Position numbers and translations under genes: made by a program
In this document: one piece after another, positions 18,216-28,150 of the stretch
Position numbering within the stretch: the stretch's first letter is position 1
How the letters are laid out: the number at the start of each line of letters is the position of its first letter
Notes under the pieces: generated by a model
Databases searched by the model: none
The model's input: only the letters and a program-made list of their open reading frames with translations
What the model was told of the DNA's origin: nothing
Assembly (NCBI GenBank): GCA_965116715.1
Contig: OZ220724.1
Location: forward strand, 156,963-220,962
From: Acidimicrobiales bacterium
GTDB taxonomy: Bacteria; Actinomycetota; Acidimicrobiia; Acidimicrobiales; Poriferisodalaceae
Length of the DNA stretch: 64,000 nt
Direction of reading: 5' to 3'

Positions 18216-19400
18216 TCAGCGGGCGAGCAGCTGGCGGTAGACGTTCGCTGCTCGTTCGAGCTCTGCGATCTCGACCCATTCGATCGCTTGGTGGGCCTGA
18301 TCGATGGAGCCCGGGCCGAACACCACGATCTGGTCGGCCACCTCGCCGTAGCGCAGTGCGTTCGTGCCGAAGTCGGCCACGGCGGGGCTGTTGCCTGACA
18401 TCTCCGCGAGAGCCGTGACCAGATCGCTTCCTGGGGCCTGAAAGAAGGCGTTCTCGCCCATGTCGTTCGCCAGCTGGACCTTCACCCGCGCCGGCAGCGC
18501 TGCGGCGCGCACCAACTCGGTGAGGCGGGCGAACTCGGTCTGGTAGTCCTCGCCGTCGGCGATGCGTCTGCCGACGTACAGCTCGCAATGGTCGGGGATG
18601 ATGTTGCGGGCCCGCCCGCCGGCCATCTCGTTGACCGACACCGTGCCTGCCCCGAGCACGCCGACCTCGTGCTGGCTCGCCAAGCGCTCCTGCTCGGCGT
18701 CGATGGCGGCGATGATGCGGGCGCCTGCGGACAGCGCATTGATGCCGAGGTGGGGCTTGGACGAATGCGCTGCACGCCCCTCGACCTCGACTTCGAGGCC
18801 CAGGCCGCCCTTGTGGCCGTAGACCGGCACGCACATCGTGGGCTCGGCAACCACGATCTGCTCGCGGCGCTCGCCGCGCTCCGTCAAGCGGTCCCGGTAT
18901 GCCCCTGCACCTGCCAGGCCGCCGCCTTCCTCGGAGATCGTTCCCACCAGCTCGATGGTGCACATTGGCCGGCGACCTGCAGCCGCCATCTCGCCCAGCA
19001 CGGCGAGCGCCACGGCCATGGTTGCCTTGGTGTCGACGGAGCCTCGTCCCCAGACTCGTCCGTCGCTGATGCGGCCGTCGAAGGGATCGCCCTCCATGTG
19101 CTCGACGCCGACGGTGTCGAGGTGGACGTCGACGGCGAGCATGCGCTCGGTCTGACCGGCGAAGCGGGCATACACGTTGGGACGCCCGGGCTCGATCTCG
19201 TCGAGCTCGACCTCGGCGCCCAGCGCTGCCGCTCGTTCAGCCACCCAGTTGGCCATGTCGGCCTCGGCCACCGTGCCCGAGCGCGGCCCATGATGCAGCG
19301 GGTTGACGCTGGGGATGCGCACCATCTCGCTCAACAGCTCAGCTATGGATTGGCCGGTGGCAATGCCGTTCATCGTGCCTGTCGCCTCGCCGTCGCTCAT
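18216..19400 (-). CDS. M20-family metallopeptidase (ArgE/DapE-like deacylase)
   Basis: The motifs SVNPLHHGP..., LDTVG, RGSVDTK and ISEEGGG are M20 metal-binding motifs. Confidence 0.8.
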   Translation of the reverse strand: MSDGEATGTMNGIATGQSIAELLSEMVRIPSVNPLHHGPRSGTVAEADMANWVAERAAALGAEVELDEIEPGRPNVYARFAGQTERMLAVDVHLDTVGVEHMEGDPFDGRISDGRVWGRGSVDTKATMAVALAVLGEMAAAGRRPMCTIELVGTISEEGGGLAGAGAYRDRLTERGERREQIVVAEPTMCVPVYGHKGGLGLEVEVEGRAAHSSKPHLGINALSAGARIIAAIDAEQERLASQHEVGVLGAGTVSVNEMAGGRARNIIPDHCELYVGRRIADGEDYQTEFARLTELVRAAALPARVKVQLANDMGENAFFQAPGSDLVTALAEMSGNSPAVADFGTNALRYGEVADQIVVFGPGSIDQAHQAIEWVEIAELERAANVYRQLLAR

Positions 19401-19438
19401 GAGTCACCTCGTCGTGGCGGAGCGTACGCGCAGCGTGA

Positions 19439-20899
<1,461 letters not shown>

Positions 20900-20961
20900 T
20901 CGTTGCTACGCGTTGAGGCGCCTCGCACGGCATAGGCGGCCGCAGCCGCTACCGTTACTCG

Positions 20962-21029
20962 TGGACGTCACGGGAATCGAACCCGTCGCTGCTTGGCTCA
21001 GAATCCACCAGCGGCACCATGCGACGCCC
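20962..21029 (-). pseudogene. 68-nt tRNA-like element (degenerate tRNA or tRNA remnant)
   Basis: On the minus strand, GGGCGTC pairs 7/7 (one G-U) with GACGTCC. A canonical T-arm (ACGGG-TTCGATT-CCCGT) is present. No canonical D-arm or 5-bp/7-nt anticodon arm can be drawn, and the element is about 5 nt too short. Confidence 0.4.
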
Positions 21030-21050
21030 GATGAGTCAACCGACTCGCTT

Positions 21051-21077
21051 GGGCCGCACCGTGTTTCGGTGCGGCCC
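21051..21077 (-). terminator. 10-bp GC hairpin downstream of the 212-aa island gene
   Basis: GGGCCGCACC-gtgtttc-GGTGCGGCCC, 35 nt beyond the stop at 21112. There is no clear U-tract. Confidence 0.5.
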
Positions 21078-21111
21078 AAGACTTTCATGGCGACATCGTC
21101 TCGATGAGGGT

Positions 21112-21750
21112 TCAGTATGAGTCGATACCTCCGTCGTCGGTCTCATAGACGATGTCCAGGACCGCGTTCAGGGCCGTCAGCCACTTCTCGCGGTCCTCGA
21201 TTTGCCACGAGTCACCTGCCCGCGGGAGTTTGTTGACGAGTGCTTGAATCGCTGGATCGAGGCGTGGGGCCGCTGCTGCAGGCGTCTCCTCGGCTTCGTC
21301 ACGGGTGCGTCCGGGCTTGCGCGTCGTTGAGCGCGTAGCCGAAGCTCGAGGCACCGAGAAGTGGGGCGAGACGCTGACTTCGCAATACTGAGCAGCCTGC
21401 AGAAAGAACCGGATCGCCTTATCGCGAGTGCTGCCGCGGTAACCGAACTCAGTCTCGAACAGTTCACCCAGTTGCTTGCCGGTCCCGCTCCTGCGTGAGA
21501 GTTCCATGGCGGTTCCGTATCGGGCTTCGATGGCCTCGGCCAACCAAGATCGCATCTCGTTCTCGCCCATTCGGACAACTTGACTCAGCCGTTCGGTCGA
21601 AGCGTCTTCCTCACCCATAACGAGGTCGAAGAAGCGCAAAGCGATGAGCAGTTGCGATTGGCCTCCACCAGACATGTTCTTCAAGACCGATGCGTCGATC
21701 CTGCCGGGCAGTTCGTCGGGGGCTTCTGCCATGCGCTGGAGAAACCGCAT
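21112..21750 (-). CDS. 212-aa hypothetical protein (island gene)
   Basis: The ORF is intact in the lower-GC region. A helical N-terminal half (LLIALRFFDLV..., AIRFFLQAAQY) is followed by a charged linker and a short C-terminal domain. It is divergent from the methyltransferase. Confidence 0.6.
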   Translation of the reverse strand: MRFLQRMAEAPDELPGRIDASVLKNMSGGGQSQLLIALRFFDLVMGEEDASTERLSQVVRMGENEMRSWLAEAIEARYGTAMELSRRSGTGKQLGELFETEFGYRGSTRDKAIRFFLQAAQYCEVSVSPHFSVPRASATRSTTRKPGRTRDEAEETPAAAAPRLDPAIQALVNKLPRAGDSWQIEDREKWLTALNAVLDIVYETDDGGIDSY

Positions 21751-22122
21751 GAAAGTAACAAATGCGATGTAGGGCGGTCGCGCCTAGTCAACCTGTACTG
21801 CCGACATCATGACTCCTCGTCTGCCATTTCTGCCATACCGACAGAGCATGGTGCTATCTGCCAGGAGTGGCAACGTTCCCGCAGAATGGCACGAAGTCGA
21901 TCAATCTGCCGTAATCGAGCAGGACGGCTCTGGGTGTCCGCGATCATTTCCGATCCGAATGTCCACGTTCAAACTCACTTGTTCGTCTTTCTCGTACGCA
22001 GCGAGCTGAGCGCGGACAAGCCCTACGTGAACTCGCATGGGCTTGTCGGGGACGCGGGTAGTCGGTTCGTGTAACACCCCATACGTACGTTCGTCAATTG
22101 TCCGCTCGTGCAAGGAGGACCC

Positions 22123-23520
22123 ATGTCACGATCGATAACTCGGTGTGCCGTCGTTGGCCGCCAGCATCACCTACCCGGCATTTGGGTGTCGTCTACGGTC
22201 GGCAATGTGGCTGAGGCTCCTCGACCGCCGACCAACGGCTCGATGAACACCCTGCTTGCGTGCGATGCCCCAGCGCACGATTGGTACCGGTTCGTCCTGT
22301 CGTTTCCGCCGCACCTGGTGCGTGACTACGCGGCTCGGTTTGAGCTTGCGGATGACGCAGTCGTTCTCGACCCCTTCTGCGGGACGGGTACCACGCTGGT
22401 CGAGGCTAAGAAGGCGGGTATCACCAGCATCGGTGTTGAAGCGATGCCGATGTCGAAGTTCGCAGCCCAGGTCAAGACTGATTGGGCGCCTGACCCCGAC
22501 GGTTTGGCCGACCACGCGAATCTCGTCGCCGAGAAGGCGTTGGCGAATCTGGCGGCGGATCGGCTGAGCGATGAGCCGGGTGTTCTGCCGGTTGAGAGCC
22601 GGCAATTGCGCAGCTTGGACTCCGACGCAGCCAAGCTGCTCATCAAGGACTCAATCAGCCCGCTGCCGTTGCACAAGGCACTTGTCCTGCGGGAAGCGCT
22701 CAATGGCGAGCGAGCAGCTGGGTTCACCGGCCATGAACAGCTTGCCTTCGCCCGTGTGCTCCCAACCGAGGTCGGCAACCTCCGGTTCGGCCCTGAAGTC
22801 GGAGTTGGCTCGCGGCGCGATGACGCAGCCGTGGTCGCGCCCTGGCTCGACCGTGTGCTGACTATGACCGATGACCTGCGGATTTTGGGCGCGTGCGACG
22901 GTACGTCTGCGGTAGTAGTTCCAGGAGATGCTCGCGACGTCGCATCGTGCGTTCCAGTCGAGAGTGTGGATGCCGTCATCACGTCGCCCCCGTATCCCAA
23001 CGAGAAGGACTACTCGCGGACAGTCCGTCTCGAGTCAGTGTTGTTGGGTTACCTCACGGACCGGGCAAGCCTGCGAAGCACGAAGCGCGAACTGCTCCGC
23101 TCGAACACCCGTGGCGTCTACCGCGACGACGATGACTCTGCTTGGGTCGTCAACGACAAGCGCGTGCAAGAACTCGCAGCCCAGATCGAGGAACGCCGCA
23201 TTGCTCTCGGCAAGGACTCGGGCTTCGAGCGCATGTACCACCGCGTCACGAAGCTGTACTTCGGCGGCATGGCGCGTCATCTGTCATCGCTGCGAGACGT
23301 ACTGCGACCCGGAGCTCGCCTTGCATACGTCGTTGGCGACCAGGCGTCCTATCTGCGAGTGATGATCCGTACTGGCCAGATCCTCGCCGGTATCGCCGAG
23401 CGATGTGGCTACGAGGTAGAAGGAATCGATCTGTTCAGAACTCGACCGGCCACTGCTACGCGGGACCAGCTTCGCGAAGAAGTTCTCCTGCTGCGGTGGC
23501 CCGGCCCACGGGGCAGGTGA
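22123..23520 (+). CDS. DNA methyltransferase, N4-C/N6-A class, alpha-type motif order
   Basis: AAGGAGG lies 5 nt before ATG 22123. Motif I is VLDPFCGTGTT (22368-22395). Motif IV is TSPPYP (22981-22998), about 200 aa downstream. Confidence 0.85.
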   Translation: MSRSITRCAVVGRQHHLPGIWVSSTVGNVAEAPRPPTNGSMNTLLACDAPAHDWYRFVLSFPPHLVRDYAARFELADDAVVLDPFCGTGTTLVEAKKAGITSIGVEAMPMSKFAAQVKTDWAPDPDGLADHANLVAEKALANLAADRLSDEPGVLPVESRQLRSLDSDAAKLLIKDSISPLPLHKALVLREALNGERAAGFTGHEQLAFARVLPTEVGNLRFGPEVGVGSRRDDAAVVAPWLDRVLTMTDDLRILGACDGTSAVVVPGDARDVASCVPVESVDAVITSPPYPNEKDYSRTVRLESVLLGYLTDRASLRSTKRELLRSNTRGVYRDDDDSAWVVNDKRVQELAAQIEERRIALGKDSGFERMYHRVTKLYFGGMARHLSSLRDVLRPGARLAYVVGDQASYLRVMIRTGQILAGIAERCGYEVEGIDLFRTRPATATRDQLREEVLLLRWPGPRGR

Positions 23521-23524
23521 GGAG

Positions 23525-24364
23525 GTGGCACCACAGAGTGAGACTCTGGCTCAGCGGCTGATCGCCAAAATCTTCGCTGATCGCTACCGACCCGGCATGC
23601 GCGAAGTGCCGTTTCCTCGTGATGACATCGTCGCAGCGGCTGAGGCGCCGGGCGAAGCTCGCCCGAAGAACATCGGCGACATCGTGTATTCGCTGCGCTA
23701 CCGCATGGATCTCCCGCCCTCCCTCCGGGAGGAAGCGCCACTGGGCCATGAATGGGCAATCTTCCCCGGCGGCAACGCCGTCTACGTGTTGCGTCTCGTG
23801 CCGGTCAACCTGATCAAACCGCGCGACGGCCTGCGAGTCGTGAAGCTGCCCGATGCGACACCGGGTGTCATCAGCAGCTACGCGATGTCCGACGAGCAGG
23901 CATTGCTCGCTCGTGTTCGGTACAACCGTCTGCTCGATGTGTTCACCGGACTGGCGTGTTCGTCTCTGCAAAGCCATCTGCGTACGTCTGTCACGATCGA
24001 GAACGCCATCACCGGCAAGCCAAGCAGCTCGCAGGTCGAGACGGACGAGCTGTACGTGGGGCTCGATGAGCACGGTGCCCACTACGTCTTGCCGGTGCAG
24101 GCCAAGGGTGGCAGCGACGCGCTGAGCGTCATCCAGATTTGGCAGGACTTCCGCGTTGCTGAGCAGAAGTTTCCCGAGCTTCGGCCGCGACCCGTAGCAG
24201 CGCAATTTATGGACAACGACGACATCGCGCTCTTCGAGTTCAGTGAGCACGATGGGGAGATCACGATTGAACGTGAGCGCCACTACCGGCTGATTGAACC
24301 CGATGAGCTCTCTTCGGAAGACCTACGGTCCTATCGGGCGGCATCCGAGTCGGCAAGACACTGA
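23525..24364 (+). CDS. putative type II restriction endonuclease (PD-(D/E)xK-like)
   Basis: GTG lies 4 nt after the methyltransferase stop, with GGAG in between. The string ETDELYVGLDEHGAHYVLPVQAKGG (24036-24112) fits a D...(E/Q)xK nuclease core. No family name could be assigned by eye. Confidence 0.55.
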   Translation: MAPQSETLAQRLIAKIFADRYRPGMREVPFPRDDIVAAAEAPGEARPKNIGDIVYSLRYRMDLPPSLREEAPLGHEWAIFPGGNAVYVLRLVPVNLIKPRDGLRVVKLPDATPGVISSYAMSDEQALLARVRYNRLLDVFTGLACSSLQSHLRTSVTIENAITGKPSSSQVETDELYVGLDEHGAHYVLPVQAKGGSDALSVIQIWQDFRVAEQKFPELRPRPVAAQFMDNDDIALFEFSEHDGEITIERERHYRLIEPDELSSEDLRSYRAASESARH

Positions 24365-24623
24365 GCGAAGCAGGCAAACGCCAGCCTTCGTTGGACACCC
24401 CGAAGTGCAGAGCCAGTCAAGCCGCATGCTGCGATTCGGCCGATGGGGATCCGGCGGACTGGCCGAGCATCATGCAGGTGACGGAAGCCTGGTCCGAGGC
24501 CAGAACCCACCGAATTACTTGGGTGGTGGAAGGTATTCGTCCACCTGAGAGGTTTCCTGACGTGACATTCCGCGGTTGCGCTGGTGACGGGGACCAGAGG
24601 TCCACAGCTATCTCACGCTCCGC

Positions 24624-27125
24624 CTAACGATTGCCGCTCCGCTTCCTGGCCTGTTGCTTGGCGGGCTTCGTGTCGTTCATCTCTTCGATGGACTTGAGCC
24701 CGGCCTCCTCGACTAGGGCGTCGAGTTCTGGGTCCTGGCTTGGGGGCGAATTGTCATAGACACCTCCGACTGGTCTCAACCCGTCACTCGAGCCGAACAC
24801 GATGGCCGCGCCGAATGCACATTGAAGCTGGTGCTTCTTGAGGAAGACATATGCCTCGATGCGCTCCGCGTCGGCTTCCGAAGCAAACGCTCGCGGCAAC
24901 GAAGTGAGCACGATCACGTGGCTTCGATCCCGACGGTCACCGGCGGCGATGGTGAAGCTGTGACTCTTGTCGTCGTCGGCTGTCAACTGCCTCAACCGGC
25001 CGATCATGGCCCCGAATTCTTCCTGCTCGTCCGTTGAGTAGCTGAGCAAGGTCGCGCCGATGTTCAGCCATCCGGGCGATTTCCGCCGCGCAAGATCGTC
25101 GATGACTTGCGCGACGGTCGGGTCGATGGGCAGCGCCGGACGCTCAGTAGGCACTTCTCGACGTCCGTAGCGATACGCGAACCAAGCGTCGAGATCGTCG
25201 GTTCGGCTGAACAGAAACCGAGGCACCTGCTTGTTGTACTGATCGCGGTCTGCTTCATCGGGCGCGCCTAGCTGGGGCAGCTCTGCAAATCGCTGGTCCG
25301 GGTCTGGGTTCACATACAGGCCGGTGGTCAAGAACTCCATGAACAGGTCGAGTTCGTCCATTGAGTAGTTGAACCTCGTTGTGTCGGGTTCGGTGCGGCG
25401 CCGTAGATACAGAACGAACTCAGACGGCCTCTGGACGACTTCGCTGATGACGCGCAGGTCTTGAAGCGAGACAGTCCATGGCACGGCATCGTCGCTCAGC
25501 AGCCCGTGGTCGATCAAATCGCTCGTCGTTGTCACGAAACCCGAGGTGTCCTCAAGTGTCATAGCGACGAGGAGTACTTCGCGTACATGACTCAGGTCGA
25601 GCCACGTATCGTCACGAAGGCGAAGCCCGCCATCGTTGGAGATGCGTTGCCTCAGCCGCTTCGCTTGCTCAGCGGCGCGTGTGATGAGCTTCGATAGGTC
25701 TTGTCTCAGGAGCGTCGGATCGCCGCTGCGGGCATCGGGCCGCAACGAACCTGACTTGGCCTCTACAACGACCGCTATGTCGTCGGCGAGCAGCACCGCA
25801 TCGGTTTCGCCCACGCTGGTGTAGCCCGCTGGGCCGGCAGCTGGCTCGTCGGTGCCTTCGACGGGCACGAAATACCGGATGTTTCTGTGGACGTCGGTGG
25901 CTGAGAGCAGCCCGGCCAACAGCTCGACGGATCGCTGCTCCAAGTACTTCGCCCGATGATCCGAATAGGTGCGCCATCGCTCCGAGTCCGCTCCCGACTT
26001 CGCAGCGGGTTTGAGAGCGGTCTCGATCCTCTCGCGTATGCAGTGAATGCCGTTCACACCGTGGGGGAGCACGGTCTTGCCGTCTCCGCTCGACAGCAGC
26101 GGTCGTATCCGCATCGGGGACTGCGACTCGAAGAACTGCTGCGCAGCTTCGTTCGGATCACCGCTTGTGTCGCTGTACACGAAGCAATCCACGACGGCTG
26201 CGACCGCGTCGATGCCCAGGTCAGCTTCCTCGGCGAGCTCGAGCACGTCGAAAGCTGATGCATCAGCGACATCGGCGATGAGTGCTGCGAACTGCTGACG
26301 CTGCGCGCCATCGTCGAACCCGCCAGATGTCTTGCTGATGAGTCGCCGCAGCCGCCAGCAGACTCGAGCCAAGAACCCCAGCCGGTTCACTGCCATCCCG
26401 GTGCGTCCGGCCAAGTACAAAGCAAAGGCGCGATCTCCGATGCGTTCGACTGCGTCGAATACCGCGCAAGCATCCTGCACCGTGAATCCGAGCTTGTCGG
26501 TGCAAACTTGTTCGATCTCAGCCGATCCAAACAGGCCGGCGAGTATCTCTCTTGCAATGTGGTCATGCGTGGGATTGCGGAAGTAAATCTCCTTGCCCCG
26601 CGCGTTCGAGGCCACCATGCCAAGAGGGGCGTCGGCATTGGTCGTGACAATGAAGTTTTGCGCCGCCTCCTGCCGGAACCGAAGCGACGCAAGGTCCACG
26701 ATCTCAACGGCTGCTGACAGCAACGAATCTTCTCTGTCTGGGCGTGCCGCGCCAGAGCTGCCTGATGCGGCGACTATCAGTGAGATGAGCTCGACCGTGG
26801 CCACCGTCCCCTCGTGGGTCGACTCTCGGAATGTGTTGGGGTCATGCGCCAATTCCAAGATGCGCACGACAGTCAGTACATGGAATGGGTCGAATGGTCG
26901 CGCCAGCTCAGCAATCGCCTCAACGGCCGCGCGTGCATCTCGTGATAGCGCCTCCATGCAGTCCTCGACGCGCGAATGGGCGCTCGCGTAGTGGCGGAGC
27001 AGCCTCTGGTGTTCCTGAAACCGTCTCAAGATGAGATCCTCGGCACCCGGAGTCAGACTCACGATGCCCTGCGGCGGATCACTCGCCGGGGAACGCTGCC
27101 GATTTAGCGACCACCTTGTCACCAC
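24624..27125 (-). CDS. 833-aa orphan protein with a central NERD-like PD-(D/E)xK motif
   Basis: A single long ORF in the lower-GC region. The string VGETDAVLLADDIAVVVEAKSGS (about 25745-25815) resembles the NERD nuclease core. No Walker A motif was seen. The start codon is uncertain (GTG 27125 or downstream). Confidence 0.65.
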   Translation of the reverse strand: MVTRWSLNRQRSPASDPPQGIVSLTPGAEDLILRRFQEHQRLLRHYASAHSRVEDCMEALSRDARAAVEAIAELARPFDPFHVLTVVRILELAHDPNTFRESTHEGTVATVELISLIVAASGSSGAARPDREDSLLSAAVEIVDLASLRFRQEAAQNFIVTTNADAPLGMVASNARGKEIYFRNPTHDHIAREILAGLFGSAEIEQVCTDKLGFTVQDACAVFDAVERIGDRAFALYLAGRTGMAVNRLGFLARVCWRLRRLISKTSGGFDDGAQRQQFAALIADVADASAFDVLELAEEADLGIDAVAAVVDCFVYSDTSGDPNEAAQQFFESQSPMRIRPLLSSGDGKTVLPHGVNGIHCIRERIETALKPAAKSGADSERWRTYSDHRAKYLEQRSVELLAGLLSATDVHRNIRYFVPVEGTDEPAAGPAGYTSVGETDAVLLADDIAVVVEAKSGSLRPDARSGDPTLLRQDLSKLITRAAEQAKRLRQRISNDGGLRLRDDTWLDLSHVREVLLVAMTLEDTSGFVTTTSDLIDHGLLSDDAVPWTVSLQDLRVISEVVQRPSEFVLYLRRRTEPDTTRFNYSMDELDLFMEFLTTGLYVNPDPDQRFAELPQLGAPDEADRDQYNKQVPRFLFSRTDDLDAWFAYRYGRREVPTERPALPIDPTVAQVIDDLARRKSPGWLNIGATLLSYSTDEQEEFGAMIGRLRQLTADDDKSHSFTIAAGDRRDRSHVIVLTSLPRAFASEADAERIEAYVFLKKHQLQCAFGAAIVFGSSDGLRPVGGVYDNSPPSQDPELDALVEEAGLKSIEEMNDTKPAKQQARKRSGNR

Positions 27126-27447
27126 CCCAACATAGAGAAGTCGTGCCGCGGCAGCCTGAAGAATTATGCGTACGCGGACGTCGATGTAGCGGCGTTAGCG
27201 CAAGGCACGCAATGGAGGACATCTGGACGAAATCCTGTTTCGCTTGGCTGGCCGGTTCAGACGGGTCGGTGGTCGCCGGCCCGTCGTACGTGGCGACCAG
27301 AGTCCATCTCAAGTGCGTGGCCAGATCGATCAGGTCGCCTTCAGATCATCTTCAGGACGCGCTGCCGGGGACACTGATCAGCAACTCTCACGCGGGAACA
27401 GCGACGTCGGCCTCGCCCGAATTTGCAGTTCGTAACATTCGCCGCTC

Positions 27448-27966
27448 ATGCGGCGGCCTGAAATCACCAACCTCTATTCCTGCGAGTTCTCACCAACCCG
27501 CAATCGATTGTTGCTCAGCGTCGTAGTGGCACTCGTCATGACGACGGCAGTCGGCTGCACACCTCCGGCAACTCCTCTCGACCTAGTGAACGTCGATGTG
27601 GAGGTCGCTGGCCCATCGGTCGAACGGTGCAACATCGAGGGTGAAGCGTTCAAGGCAGCTGCGGAGCATGCCGACGCGGTGGACCGCAGAGCCAACGATG
27701 AGGCAGCAGTGCGGGAGCTTCTGGACGAAGCCGAGCGCACTGGCGACTACGGCAGGGTGAACGGTCTGCTGCTCGAACACGTGGCAGCGTTCGAGGGATC
27801 AGCTGTAGCGATGACGCGAGCCGTTGACATGTGCTCATCGTTCTGGAAGCAGGATGAGATCGAAGCTCTGCGAGACAGAATCGAACTCATCGAGCAAACG
27901 ACCCATGATCTCTGTCTGCTATACGACCTTCTCTACTCAGAACATGGGTTGGAGCTCGAATGCTGA
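27448..27966 (+). CDS. putative lipoprotein (helical, Cys-containing)
   Basis: A signal peptide with lipobox (LLLSVVVALVMTTAVGC) is followed by a helical acidic domain. Confidence 0.5.
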   Translation: MRRPEITNLYSCEFSPTRNRLLLSVVVALVMTTAVGCTPPATPLDLVNVDVEVAGPSVERCNIEGEAFKAAAEHADAVDRRANDEAAVRELLDEAERTGDYGRVNGLLLEHVAAFEGSAVAMTRAVDMCSSFWKQDEIEALRDRIELIEQTTHDLCLLYDLLYSEHGLELEC

Positions 27967-28150
27967 CACCGGACACGGTTCTGTCCGATGGCTGTTCGCT
28001 ATGGGCGGCCAGCTGATCAACCGCGGCGGTAGGCCGACCCTGCGGCCCCCTGGCTGGCGGCCTTGGGCCACAACCTTCAACATCGCGCACCCACACATAC
28101 TCAGCTTGCTCCAACGCTGCTGAGCGACTTCCCAGCGCCAAACAGCGCGG

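Noticed and set aside
21901-22113. A 70-codon minus-strand ORF in the spacer between the 212-aa gene and the methyltransferase.
   Set aside because: Its codon bias is compatible with the island, but it has no RBS and no recognisable motif, and it overlaps the methyltransferase RBS region. It is mentioned under the findings but not called as a gene.
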